DNA of 64,000 nucleotides. Source: an uncultured Gemmatimonadales bacterium. GTDB taxonomy: Bacteria; Gemmatimonadota; Gemmatimonadetes; Longimicrobiales; RSA9. Made by a program: the position numbers and the translations under genes. Positions 19,117 through 28,732 of the stretch are shown here, piece after piece. Below the pieces are notes generated by a model. That model did not search any database. It was not told the DNA's origin and saw nothing but the letters and a program-made list of their open reading frames with translations. The stretch is taken from NCBI GenBank assembly GCA_963798845.1, contig CAWCUS010000006.1, forward strand, positions 96,001-160,000. The letters run 5' to 3'. Numbering within the stretch: position 1 is the first letter of the stretch; every line of letters begins with the position of its first letter.

Positions 19117-21660
19117 TCAGCGAGCGGCAGTACCTGCCGCCTCCGACGCCAGTACGCACTCCTCCAGGTACTTGGGCGGCGCGTGCGGGTCGGCCCTCAG
19201 GAGCGCCAGTCCGGTCCGGAGCTGGGAGTCCCCCTCCGGCCCGGTGCCGGTCCGCGCCAGCGCCGCTCCCAGCCGGCACCGCGCCACGCCGATGGCGTAG
19301 TGCTCCGCGGGCAGCGCAGCCTCGAGGATGTCGAGCGCGCCGCGGGCCACCTCCGCCGCTTCCGTCGGCCGGTCCAGCTTCAGCAGGATCCCGGCCCGGG
19401 TAAGAAGCGGGTATGCGCGCACCGGATGGCCGGGCGCGGTGGTCCGGAGGAAGATCTGGTGGGCGCGGGCGGCGAGGGAGTCGGCCTCGGACAGCGCGCC
19501 CAGATCCTGGAGGGCGCTCGCGAGGTTCTGCATGCTGTCGCCGACGCCGGTGTTCCAGTCTGTACCGGCCATCCGCCGCCGAGCCCGCAGAAGGGCCCGG
19601 TGGACCTCGACGGCCTCGAGGGTCCTGCCGGCCTTCTGATAGGTCGTGGCAAGGTTGTTGAGCGTGGTGAGGGTCTGGTTGTGGTCGGGCCCGGCTGTAC
19701 GCTCGAGGACGGGCAGCGCGGTCCGGTACAGACGGATGGCCTCATCGTAGAGGAGCCGCTTGTCGAGCACCGCAGCGAGCTGGACCGCCGCGAGGGCGGT
19801 GCTCGGGTGGGCCTCGCCCCGGTCCGTGCGCGTGATCTCGAGCGCTTCCCGGGCCGCCCGCTCGGCGGCGTCCAGCCTTCCCTCCACGGCGTACCCGTAG
19901 GCGAGGTGTCCCAGCACACCGGCGACTTCCGCCCGGTACCGCGGACCCGCCGACCGGTAGATGGAAAGAGCCTCCTCGCCCAGGGCGGGATCGGCCGGCG
20001 GCAGCCGGGTCAGCTGCAGCCACATCAGCTCCCCCAGCGCCTCCGCGAGTCGCGGGTCGTCCGCGGGAACGGAGCTCCGGAGCGTTCCGACCGCGCGCCT
20101 CAGCAGGACGGCGGCCGAGTCCCAGTTCTCCCCCCGGAGCGTCGCGGCCAACGTCAGGAGGTCGGACGCGAACTCGGGCGTGGCCTCCAGCCCGGCCGCG
20201 CTCCGGATGGCCACCGCCTCCTCGATCACGAGCCGGGCGCGTCCCGGCCGGTCGATGCTGTACAGCACGGAAGCCACCGCCGCCAGAAGATCGGCGCGGG
20301 CCACGGGATCGTCCCGGAGGTCGGTCCTGATGCGGTCCACTGCGGGGTCGAGGGCTTCGGCTACTGTCAGGTCGGGTCGCGCCGGGTCCTCGCTCTTGAA
20401 CGGATCTGCGCTTCGGAACAGGTCGACCAGGAACCCCTTTATGCGCTCGGCCCGTTCCGCCTGGACACTCGCCGCGTTCCGCTCCCGCTCCAGCCGCTGG
20501 ATGCCGACGACCAGCGTCCCGACATACGAGGTGAGGCCCAGGAGCAGGAGCGCGGCCACGGGCGGCGCCCAGCGGTTCCGCCGCGCCCATTTCCAGACAC
20601 GCAGCCATCCCGGGGTGGGCCGGGCCGTGATCGGCCGCCCCTCGCGGTGGCGGCGGATGTCCTCGGCGAGGGCCTCCACGGACGCATAACGGTCGCCGGG
20701 CTCGAGAGCCAGCGCCTTGAGGACCACGGTGTCGAGCTCCCCGGTGAGCCCCGTCGTGTCGCCGGCTTCACGGTCCAGGGGCCCGCCGCCGGTGAGAAGG
20801 GCGTGGAGCACCAGCCCCAGCTGGTACACGTCGGAAGCCGTCGTAACGGTCCCGCCGCGGCGCTGTTCCGGGCTCGCCCATCGTCTCGTCTGGGGAGCCG
20901 CGCCGACCTCCGTCAGGTCGGCCGCGGCACGGGGGTCCAGGACCTTGGCGATGCCGAAGTCCAGCAGCTTCACGCGCCCGGAGGCGTCCACGAGGATGTT
21001 CGCGGGCTTCAGGTCGCGGTGGACCACGAGGTGCCGGTGCGCCTCTCCCACCGCGGCGGCCACCTGAAGGAAGAGATTCAACCGGGCCGGCTGCGACAGC
21101 TCCCGTTCGGCCGCCCACCGGGTGATGGCCACGCCGTCGACCTTCTCCATCACGAAATAGGGGCGGCCATCCTCCGTCGCCCCCCCGTCCAGCATGCGCG
21201 CGACGTTGGGGTGTGCGAAGTCCGAGAGGATCTGCCGCTCGGCGAGGAAGCGCTCCACGACCCGGTCCGTGTCGAGGCCACGCCGTAGGACCTTGAGTGC
21301 GACGACCTGCCGGTACGCCCCGTCGATCCGCTCGGCCTCGTAGACGGTCGCCATGCCGCCGACGCCCAGCTCTCCGACGACGCGGTAGCGGTCCACCACG
21401 TCCCCGACCGACAACGCACCGCTGGCGACCGGGTCGGAAGCCAGTGCCGCGGCCACGAGCTGCGGCCCCGGGCGCGATCCGCGTTCGTCGCCCGTCTCGA
21501 GCGCGGCCAGGAGGCGGTGCACGGCCGCCGCGAGGGCTTCGTCATCGCCGCAGCGAAGCCGAAGCAGACGCTCACGGTCGGCCGGAAGGTGGTCCAGGAC
21601 CTCCTCGAACACACGATCGACCTCTTCCCATCGCGACCAGATGGTGTCTCGCTCGGCCAT
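19117..21660 (-). CDS. Hanks-type Ser/Thr kinase with TM and TPR repeats (paralog of 2778..5453)
   Basis: GVGGMA, VALK, HRDLKPAN, DFG and ASPEQ motifs; shares FLV.LFRS.DPF with the first kinase. Confidence 0.92.
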   Translation of the reverse strand: MAERDTIWSRWEEVDRVFEEVLDHLPADRERLLRLRCGDDEALAAAVHRLLAALETGDERGSRPGPQLVAAALASDPVASGALSVGDVVDRYRVVGELGVGGMATVYEAERIDGAYRQVVALKVLRRGLDTDRVVERFLAERQILSDFAHPNVARMLDGGATEDGRPYFVMEKVDGVAITRWAAERELSQPARLNLFLQVAAAVGEAHRHLVVHRDLKPANILVDASGRVKLLDFGIAKVLDPRAAADLTEVGAAPQTRRWASPEQRRGGTVTTASDVYQLGLVLHALLTGGGPLDREAGDTTGLTGELDTVVLKALALEPGDRYASVEALAEDIRRHREGRPITARPTPGWLRVWKWARRNRWAPPVAALLLLGLTSYVGTLVVGIQRLERERNAASVQAERAERIKGFLVDLFRSADPFKSEDPARPDLTVAEALDPAVDRIRTDLRDDPVARADLLAAVASVLYSIDRPGRARLVIEEAVAIRSAAGLEATPEFASDLLTLAATLRGENWDSAAVLLRRAVGTLRSSVPADDPRLAEALGELMWLQLTRLPPADPALGEEALSIYRSAGPRYRAEVAGVLGHLAYGYAVEGRLDAAERAAREALEITRTDRGEAHPSTALAAVQLAAVLDKRLLYDEAIRLYRTALPVLERTAGPDHNQTLTTLNNLATTYQKAGRTLEAVEVHRALLRARRRMAGTDWNTGVGDSMQNLASALQDLGALSEADSLAARAHQIFLRTTAPGHPVRAYPLLTRAGILLKLDRPTEAAEVARGALDILEAALPAEHYAIGVARCRLGAALARTGTGPEGDSQLRTGLALLRADPHAPPKYLEECVLASEAAGTAAR

Positions 21661-21709
21661 CGCTCTTCGTGGATAGGGGACGGGTTACACGGTGGCGGGA
21701 CCTGGCCGG

Positions 21710-22303
21710 TCAGTGCGCCGGTTGCGTCCCCTCGGGCCCGGGCACCGGATCCAGCGCCGCCAGCAGATACGCTCGCGCCCGCGTCCATTCCCGGACGACC
21801 GTGCGCGGAGAGGCTCCGATCGCCTCGGCGGTCTCGTCAATGGAAAGCCCCCCGTAGAAACGGCACTCGACGACCTTCGCCATCCGCTCGCTACGGGCGG
21901 CGAGGGCGTCCAGAGCCGCCTCGACCTGGAGGATGTCGACCGCCTGGCCATCCGCGACATCCTCCGCCTCCGCGAGGGGAACCCTGACGCGCGTTCCGCC
22001 CCTCTTCTCCGCGGCCCGCGTGCGCGCGTAATCGATCAGGATCCGCCTCATGACCTTCGAGCAGAAGGCGAAGAAGTGGGCCCGGCTGGGCCACACGCCC
22101 TCGTGACCCCCCGCCAGGCGGAGGTACGCCTCGTGGACCAGCGCCGTCGCGTCGATCGTCGGATCCGCGCCGTCCAGCCGCACGTGCCGTCGGGCCAGTC
22201 GCCGCAGCTTCGGGTATGTCAGCGCCATCAGCTGTTCGAACGCGGCGTCATCGCCGTCACTCCAGCGCTGCGCTAGCTCCGTGATGTCGTCCATCGGGGC
22301 CAT
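21710..22303 (-). CDS. ECF sigma-70 factor, kinase-associated type
   Basis: TIDATALVHEAY, VECRFYGGL and SPRTVVREW motifs. Confidence 0.9.
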   Translation of the reverse strand: MAPMDDITELAQRWSDGDDAAFEQLMALTYPKLRRLARRHVRLDGADPTIDATALVHEAYLRLAGGHEGVWPSRAHFFAFCSKVMRRILIDYARTRAAEKRGGTRVRVPLAEAEDVADGQAVDILQVEAALDALAARSERMAKVVECRFYGGLSIDETAEAIGASPRTVVREWTRARAYLLAALDPVPGPEGTQPAH

Positions 22304-22407
22304 GCACTCGCTCGCTCCTTCCCGCGCCGCGAGGGGCTCAGAGTCCGGGAAAGTCTGCCCCCGGCAGCGTCACCGAGGACCGGCGTCAGGCGGTCGAGCC
22401 GCGCACG

Positions 22408-24390
22408 TCAGCGCACGATAGAGCTCATCACGCGCTCGTAATGGAGCCCACGGATCGCGGCTTCGAACGCCTTCTTAAGCTTGATCCCGGGGAACCTGTG
22501 CTGGCGCGCACGCGCTTCGAAATAGCGGCGGGCCTCCTCGCAGACCATGCGCACGTCCGCCACCGTCGGCCGCCCGGCGGCTGCGCGCTCCCGGATTCTG
22601 GCGATCCTCTCCTTCACCTCCGCCATGCTCAGGTCGGGGCGGAAGCGCACCAGGTATTCCTGGGCGAGCCCGGCGAGCTCCCCCACGCGCTGCGCGTCCG
22701 GGAGCCAGCGGCCGACGCCGTCATCCCGGAGGCGGCGGGCCAGGCGGCCAAGGCCTCGCGCCTCACGGCGCGACGCCCGGCCAAGGCGCACGTCGAGCCG
22801 TGACGCCGACCAGAGGAGAGCGAAGTAGCGCCGGTCCAGGCGCGCGATGCCCTGCATCCAGACGGACGCCGCTGCGCCCTTGAGATAGCCCAGGTCCAGC
22901 TTCATGGGTGCGAACAGGTGGTGCCGCACGGTCGACACGGTGTCATACGCGCGACGGTAGATCTCCACTGAGTTGAAGAGGCGGGAGAGGATCTCACGGA
23001 TGCCCGTCTCCAGCTCCGCCGCGCTCATTCGACGCGGCTCCAGCTGGACCGCGTCGTCGGTGTTGTTCCCGGTGAACTCCGCCTGACGCAGCCGTCCCTC
23101 CCGCTTGAGCCGCTCGTACAGCGGGGTGAACGGCACCGGCGTCAGCATGCCGGTCATGGCCGTGAAGATCCGGGTGCGCTTGACGAACTCCACGATCCGG
23201 TCCACCGTGGACGGCGTGTCCTCGTCCCCCCCGAGGATGAAGCCGGCGAACACCTCGATGCCGGAGGCCTGGAGCGTGCGGATGCTCCCGGGCACGTCCA
23301 CCTTGATGTTCTGCTTCTTGTTCATCTGCCGGAGCGCGTCGGGATCGGGATTCTCGATCCCCAGGAACACGGCCTGGAAGCCCGCCAGCCGCATCTTCTC
23401 GACCAGGTGCGCCAGCTTCGGCGTCCCGAGGTTGACGCTCGCCTGCGTGAGGAAGGCGAACGGATAGCCGTGCTCGTGCTGGAAGTCGATCATGGCGTCC
23501 AGCACCGCGGAGATCCCCTCGGGCGAGCCGATGAAGTTGTCGTCCACGCTGAACACGCCGCCACGGAAGCCCGTCGCGAGGATCGCCTCCAGCTCGCGCC
23601 GTACCACCGCCGGCGGCTTCGGTCTGTTGAACCCGCCATTGAACTGGACGATGTCACAGAAGTCGCACCGGAACGGGCAGCCGGCGGTGGTCTGGATCAT
23701 CATGGACTCGTAGTCGCTCACCCGCACCAGGTCCCAGCGCGGCAGCGGCACATCGTCCAGCGGCAGGAAGATGGAGCGGTCGTTGAGGTACTCCCGGGAC
23801 CCGGGCTCCACCCGCGCGACGGCCTCCGGGATCAGCAGCCGGGGCGCCCCCGCCTCGTGCGTCGGAGCGCCGTCCAGCCACTGCATCAGCGAACCGATCG
23901 CGCCACCCGCCTCGCCCCATACCAGCACGTCCAGTGCTTCGTGGAGGGTCCGGTCCGACTCCGAGGTCGGGTGCAGGATCTCCTCCCTGTAGGACGACGC
24001 CAGTGGGCCGCCCAGCACGACCGGCGTTCCCGTCCCCCGGGCCGGGCCCTCCAGCACTCGCACCAGCGACCTCTTCTGGATCGACATGGCGCTGGCGAAC
24101 ACCACGTCGGCCGCGGCGATCTTCCGGCGCAGCTCCGAATCGGATGGCACCCCGACGTTCAGATCCACCAGCTCCAGCTCCCACGATTCCGGCAGGTAGC
24201 CCGCGAACGCGAGCAGTCCCAGCGGCGGGAAGGTGGCCTTGCGGCCGATCAGCCGAAGGATGTACCTGAAGCTCCAGAACGAGTCGTACGGGAACTCGGG
24301 GACCAGGAGGAGAGCCCGCTTCGAATCGGGGCGCTCGGAGCGCTCCGGTTCACGGGTTTCCCGGCTGGCCGGACTCGCCGGTGTCGGCAC
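22408..24390 (-). CDS. B12-binding radical SAM protein (HpnP/DUF4070-like)
   Basis: SFWSF..PPLGL, SAMSIQ, VLGGP (cobalamin domain), GCPFRCDFC and VDDNFIG. GTG start estimated. Confidence 0.88.
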   Translation of the reverse strand: MPTPASPASRETREPERSERPDSKRALLLVPEFPYDSFWSFRYILRLIGRKATFPPLGLLAFAGYLPESWELELVDLNVGVPSDSELRRKIAAADVVFASAMSIQKRSLVRVLEGPARGTGTPVVLGGPLASSYREEILHPTSESDRTLHEALDVLVWGEAGGAIGSLMQWLDGAPTHEAGAPRLLIPEAVARVEPGSREYLNDRSIFLPLDDVPLPRWDLVRVSDYESMMIQTTAGCPFRCDFCDIVQFNGGFNRPKPPAVVRRELEAILATGFRGGVFSVDDNFIGSPEGISAVLDAMIDFQHEHGYPFAFLTQASVNLGTPKLAHLVEKMRLAGFQAVFLGIENPDPDALRQMNKKQNIKVDVPGSIRTLQASGIEVFAGFILGGDEDTPSTVDRIVEFVKRTRIFTAMTGMLTPVPFTPLYERLKREGRLRQAEFTGNNTDDAVQLEPRRMSAAELETGIREILSRLFNSVEIYRRAYDTVSTVRHHLFAPMKLDLGYLKGAAASVWMQGIARLDRRYFALLWSASRLDVRLGRASRREARGLGRLARRLRDDGVGRWLPDAQRVGELAGLAQEYLVRFRPDLSMAEVKERIARIRERAAAGRPTVADVRMVCEEARRYFEARARQHRFPGIKLKKAFEAAIRGLHYERVMSSIVR

Positions 24391-24688
24391 GTGACCGCCT
24401 TCTGTACTCGGGTGGCTGCGCGGATCGCTCGCATGGGGCGGCGCTCCATGAACATCAGTTCCGGGCTCCGCCAGCGCAAGCGAGACCCGTCCCACTCCGA
24501 CTGCGACCCGCCGCCCCTGCCCCGGCCGCACCGCCCCCACGCCTTCAATCCTGAGCCCACGCCAGCGGGATCAGGCAGCCCAGCAGCTTCGGGGCTCTCC
24601 GGACCTGGCTCGGCTCCGGCTCTTCCAGCTCATGACCCGGCGCCACCATCCGGCGCAACCGGTTCCGGGTAGCCGATGTCGCAGCCCT

Positions 24689-24746
24689 TCTCCTTGACAA
24701 GTTAGGAGAGCGGAGCGCATCCTGTTCCCAACCTGAATAGGAGAAC
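24689..24746 (+). promoter_or_regulatory. PadR promoter (TTGACA) with two putative operator boxes
   Basis: TCTCCT-N9-AGGAGA inverted repeat over the -35, and a second similar box TTCCCA-N8-AGGAGAA over the SD. Confidence 0.5.
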
Positions 24747-24748
24747 CG

Positions 24749-25090
24749 ATGGCTGAACAGGCCGACCTCCTCCCCGGCACGCTGGACCTCCTCATCCTCA
24801 AGGCCGTTTCCCTCGGGAAACTGCACGGCTACGGCGTGCTGCTCCGAATCGAACAGATCTCCGGGGGTGCGCTCGAGATCCAGCAGGGGGCGTTGTACCC
24901 GGCGCTGTACCGATTGGAGCACCAGGGGCTGATCGAGAGCGAGTGGGGGAAGTCGGAGAACAACCGGCGCGCGAAGTTCTACAGGCTGACGGCGGCGGGC
25001 CGTGGTCGGCTGGGCGAGGAGGAGGCGAGCTGGAAGCGACTGGTGGCGGCGATGACGGCGGCGCTGAACGCGACGCCACAGGAGATCTGA
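24749..25090 (+). CDS. PadR family regulator, ADOP-associated type
   Basis: PGTLDLLILK, HGYG, QGALYPALYRLE and SENNRRAKFY motifs. Confidence 0.93.
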   Translation: MAEQADLLPGTLDLLILKAVSLGKLHGYGVLLRIEQISGGALEIQQGALYPALYRLEHQGLIESEWGKSENNRRAKFYRLTAAGRGRLGEEEASWKRLVAAMTAALNATPQEI

Positions 25091-25091
25091 G

Positions 25092-27818
25092 GTGTCGATC
25101 TTCCCCTCCCGGGCCCCCGCGGGCTTCGCCGCGCGACTTCGGTCGCTCTGGCACGGTCTCCGGCGCCGGGAAGCGATCGAGGCGGAGATGAAGGAGGAGT
25201 TCCGTCACCATATCGCACTCCGGACCGAGGACCTGGTGGAGCGGGAGGGGCTGTCGTGGAAGGAGGCGTACAGACGGGCACGGCTCGAGTTCGGCCACGT
25301 GGAGGGGCACCGCGAGGACGCGCGCGCGTCTCGGGGACTGCGCTGGTTCGACGAGCTGGGGTTCTCGTGGCTCGACGTGAAGCTCGGTCTCCGGATGGTG
25401 GCGAGGAGCCCCGGCCTGACGCTCGTCTCCACGTTCGCGCTCGCCATCGGGATCCCGGTGGGGTTGGCTCCCGCACACTTCGTCGACGGTCTGCTGGCAC
25501 CGCTGCCGGTGCCCGAGGGGGAGCAGATCCGCCTGCTTCGCCTGTGGAGCCCCGCGCTGGGCCGCACGACGGCGACGACGACCCACGACTACGAGACGTG
25601 GCGGAGCTCCCTCTCCACGTTCGAGGGGATCGCCGCCTTCCGGCAAACCGCGTACAACGTCGACCTCGAGAACGGGGGCTGGACCGTGGTTCGCGGAGCG
25701 GAGGTCACGGCGTCGGCGTTCTCGATTCTACGGGTGCGCCCGCAGCTGGGACGTCCGATCCTGGCAGCGGACGAGGTGCCGGGTGAGGGGCGCGTGGTGG
25801 TGATCGGCCACGACCTCTGGCAGGCCCGGTACGGGGGCGACCCCGGGATCGTCGGACGCTCCGTCGACCTGAGCGGGGTGTCCCGGACGGTGGTGGGCGT
25901 GATGCCGCCAGGCTTCCGGTTCCCGACGCACGAGAGCGTCTGGACGCCGTTGCAGGTCGTGCCCGGTGGGCCGGCCGGATCGGCCGAGAACGTCCGGGTC
26001 TTCGGCAGGTTGGCCGACGGCGTCCCCGATGCCCGGGCCCGCACGGACCTCGCCCTGGCAGCCGAACGGTCCGCGGTGCCGGGGCGCGATCGGCGCACGG
26101 TCGCCCAGGTGAAGCCCTTCGCCTACATCGCGCTTCCGGGCCTGGGTGGCGGGCTGAGAGCGACGCCCGAGTTCCTGGGCTTCCAGAGCCTGGCGCTCCT
26201 CGTCCTCCTGGTCGCGTGCATCAACGTGGCGATGCTCGTCTTCGCGCGCACCGCCACCCGGTCGAGCGAGCTGGCCGTGCGCACGGCGCTCGGCGCGAGC
26301 CGGGCACGGATCGTCCTCCAGGTCTTCGTCGAGTGCCTGGTCCTGGCGCTGCTGGCCGCGGGCGCGGGCCTGCTCCTGCTGACCGCCGCGCTCCAGCTCA
26401 TGTGGCGGGTGATCCCGGCCTCGTGGGCGGCGGCGAGCCCCTACTGGATCCGGTGGGACATCGGTCCCGACACCGTGATCCGCGCCCTGGCGCTCGCGGG
26501 CGCCAGCGCCGTGGTTGCCGGCGTGGTCCCCGCGATACGATTCACGGGCAGACAGGTGCAGGGCACCATCCAGCGGGCCCGCGCCAGGCGCACGGGCGTC
26601 CGGTTCGGGGGCCTGCCCGGCGTGCTCCTGGTCGTGGATGTCGCCGTGGCCGTGGCCGCGGTGGGATTCGCCCTGACCGCATGGGACGTGACCCAGGGCG
26701 CCGGTTCGGCCGCAAACGGGGTGGGCATCGACGCCGACGAATACCTGGCCGCGGCGATCCGGCTCCCTTCGGACCCCGCCGAGCCCCGGGGCGCAACCGG
26801 CCCGGAGCGGGGGGCGAGCCGGCGGGCCATCGTGCAGGAGGAGCTCGTGCGGCGGCTCCGCGAGGAGCCCCGGGTGCAGGGCGTGGCGTTGGCCGACGTC
26901 CTGCCCAGGATGGACCACCCCAGTCGTCTCGTGGAGGCCGAAGGCGTGGCCGCCCCCGACGGCGGCCGGGGCGTCTCCACCCGGATCGCCCGGGTGGCCG
27001 TCGATTTCTTCGAGTCTCTGGACCAGCCCATCCTGGCCGGGCGTGATTTCGACACCGGTGACCTGGCGGACGGCAGCGGGGTCGTCATCGTGAACACCAC
27101 GTTCGTCGAGCGCGTGCTCGGAGGGCAGAACGCGGTCGGACGCAGGGTCCGGTTCGTCCCGTGGGGCGACGGCGAGCCGGGCCCATGGAAGGAGGTCGTG
27201 GGCGTGGTCGGCCACCTGGGGATGCGGGCCGTGTCGCCGGACAACGACCAGGGGGTGTACGAGCCGGTCGCCCCGGGCGAGCTGGAGACGGTGCGGCTGG
27301 GCATACACCTGGCGGATGATCCTGCCGCGTTCGCCCCGCGCCTCCGGGAGGTGGCGGGCGACGTCGCGCCGGACCTGCTCCTGTCCGCAGTGGGCCCGCT
27401 GGGCGAGGTCTTCGAGGGTGACTGGTACCTGCTCCGGGCCGTGATCCTGGGCGCCTGGCTGCTGGTGTCCGTCCTCCTTGCGCTGGCCGCGTCCGGGATC
27501 TTCGCGATCATGTCTTTCTCGGTGGCGGAGCGAACCACGGAGATCGGCATCCGTTCCGCGCTGGGCGCGAGCCGGCGCGACGTGGCCGTTTCGGTGGCAC
27601 GCCGGGCCATGGCTCAGATCGGGGTGGGAGTCCTGCTCGGGCTCCCGGTCGCCGCCCTCTTCCTGGTCGACGGCGACGGCTCGCGGTACCTGGGTGCCGG
27701 GAAGACCCTCGTCGTCGGGATCGTGGTCATGAGCGTGGTTGGCCTCGCGGCCTGCACGGGACCCACCCTCCGCGCACTGCGGATCCAGCCGCGCGAGGCA
27801 CTCAACGGAGACGGCTGA
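25092..27818 (+). CDS. ADOP-type duplicated ABC permease with N-terminal helical prefix
   Basis: EMKEEFRHHI..ARLEFG prefix, ACINVA..RSSELAVRTALGA and RTTEIGIRSALGA motifs. Confidence 0.9.
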   Translation: MSIFPSRAPAGFAARLRSLWHGLRRREAIEAEMKEEFRHHIALRTEDLVEREGLSWKEAYRRARLEFGHVEGHREDARASRGLRWFDELGFSWLDVKLGLRMVARSPGLTLVSTFALAIGIPVGLAPAHFVDGLLAPLPVPEGEQIRLLRLWSPALGRTTATTTHDYETWRSSLSTFEGIAAFRQTAYNVDLENGGWTVVRGAEVTASAFSILRVRPQLGRPILAADEVPGEGRVVVIGHDLWQARYGGDPGIVGRSVDLSGVSRTVVGVMPPGFRFPTHESVWTPLQVVPGGPAGSAENVRVFGRLADGVPDARARTDLALAAERSAVPGRDRRTVAQVKPFAYIALPGLGGGLRATPEFLGFQSLALLVLLVACINVAMLVFARTATRSSELAVRTALGASRARIVLQVFVECLVLALLAAGAGLLLLTAALQLMWRVIPASWAAASPYWIRWDIGPDTVIRALALAGASAVVAGVVPAIRFTGRQVQGTIQRARARRTGVRFGGLPGVLLVVDVAVAVAAVGFALTAWDVTQGAGSAANGVGIDADEYLAAAIRLPSDPAEPRGATGPERGASRRAIVQEELVRRLREEPRVQGVALADVLPRMDHPSRLVEAEGVAAPDGGRGVSTRIARVAVDFFESLDQPILAGRDFDTGDLADGSGVVIVNTTFVERVLGGQNAVGRRVRFVPWGDGEPGPWKEVVGVVGHLGMRAVSPDNDQGVYEPVAPGELETVRLGIHLADDPAAFAPRLREVAGDVAPDLLLSAVGPLGEVFEGDWYLLRAVILGAWLLVSVLLALAASGIFAIMSFSVAERTTEIGIRSALGASRRDVAVSVARRAMAQIGVGVLLGLPVAALFLVDGDGSRYLGAGKTLVVGIVVMSVVGLAACTGPTLRALRIQPREALNGDG

Positions 27819-28160
27819 GGGGCCCGGCCTCTCGCCACCGGCCCCGGCTCAACCCGGTACCGCCCCCATAGCGGCCCCTCTCTCGCCTTCACGGCCACCG
27901 GGGCGCCGAAATCAGCTCACCCCACTTTCCGCCAACCGACTGGTCCGTATAGTCAAGCCGCCGCCGAACTTCGCCTCGCTGGACGGGTCCGCCGCGACGC
28001 GTGCACAGAATTTCGCATCGCGGACGAACGCTGAATTTGCACGATTCTGCGGATTCCCGGTCCATGTTCCCCGCGTAGATTGGAGCCTCCGCCGGTCGTG
28101 CATGCGACCGCCGCCGTGATCCGGCCCGCCAGCTCACCGATCGCTCCACAGGAGGCCGCC

Positions 28161-28460
28161 ATGTACGTGATCCGCGAAGTCCTGAACTGCAAGCCGGGCA
28201 ACGTCCGTCCGATGGTGGAGAAGTTCAGGGTCCTGTCCGCCGCGCTGGAAGAGATGGGAGAGCCGCCGCTCCGTCTGCTGACGGACGTCTCTGGCGAGCG
28301 GTTCTGGACGCTCGTGTCCGAGGTGACCGTGGAGCGGGTGGACGATTTCTTCGCGCTCGAGGAGCAGCTCATGGCGAACAGCACCGTGCGCGAAGCCATG
28401 GCGGACTATCACGGGCTGGTGGAGCGCGGCCGGCGGGAGATCCTCCGCATCGAGGGTTGA
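28161..28460 (+). CDS. Small dimeric alpha/beta barrel (NIPSNAP-like) protein
   Basis: AGGAGG SD; IREVLNCKPG...LLTDVSG..FWTLV..GRREI pattern. Confidence 0.7.
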   Translation: MYVIREVLNCKPGNVRPMVEKFRVLSAALEEMGEPPLRLLTDVSGERFWTLVSEVTVERVDDFFALEEQLMANSTVREAMADYHGLVERGRREILRIEG

Positions 28461-28732
28461 GGCTGCGGAGCGGGGGGCGAGGGACGGCGCGTCCTGGTAC
28501 GTGCCGTCCACTCCCACGATCCGGGCGCCTGATCGGCCGAGGTGGTCGACGTCAAGGGCGTGCCGCCGTCCGAGGAGCTGGGTTCCTGAGGCGTAGCTCG
28601 ACATCGGCCCCGGTCGCCTGTGGCGGGAGTCCCCGAGTTTTCTCGCTCTAATCCAGGGGCGCGACACGCTCCCTCGCCGGCCGCCTGCGCATCTCCGCGC
28701 AGGCGTCGGCCGTTGACCCGTGCGAGGAGCCC

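Noticed and set aside
24395..24680. Cobalamin riboswitch or RiPP precursor upstream of the B12 radical SAM gene
   Set aside because: No B12-box motifs recognised and the short ORFs lack a convincing SD or precursor features. An Rfam scan would settle it.
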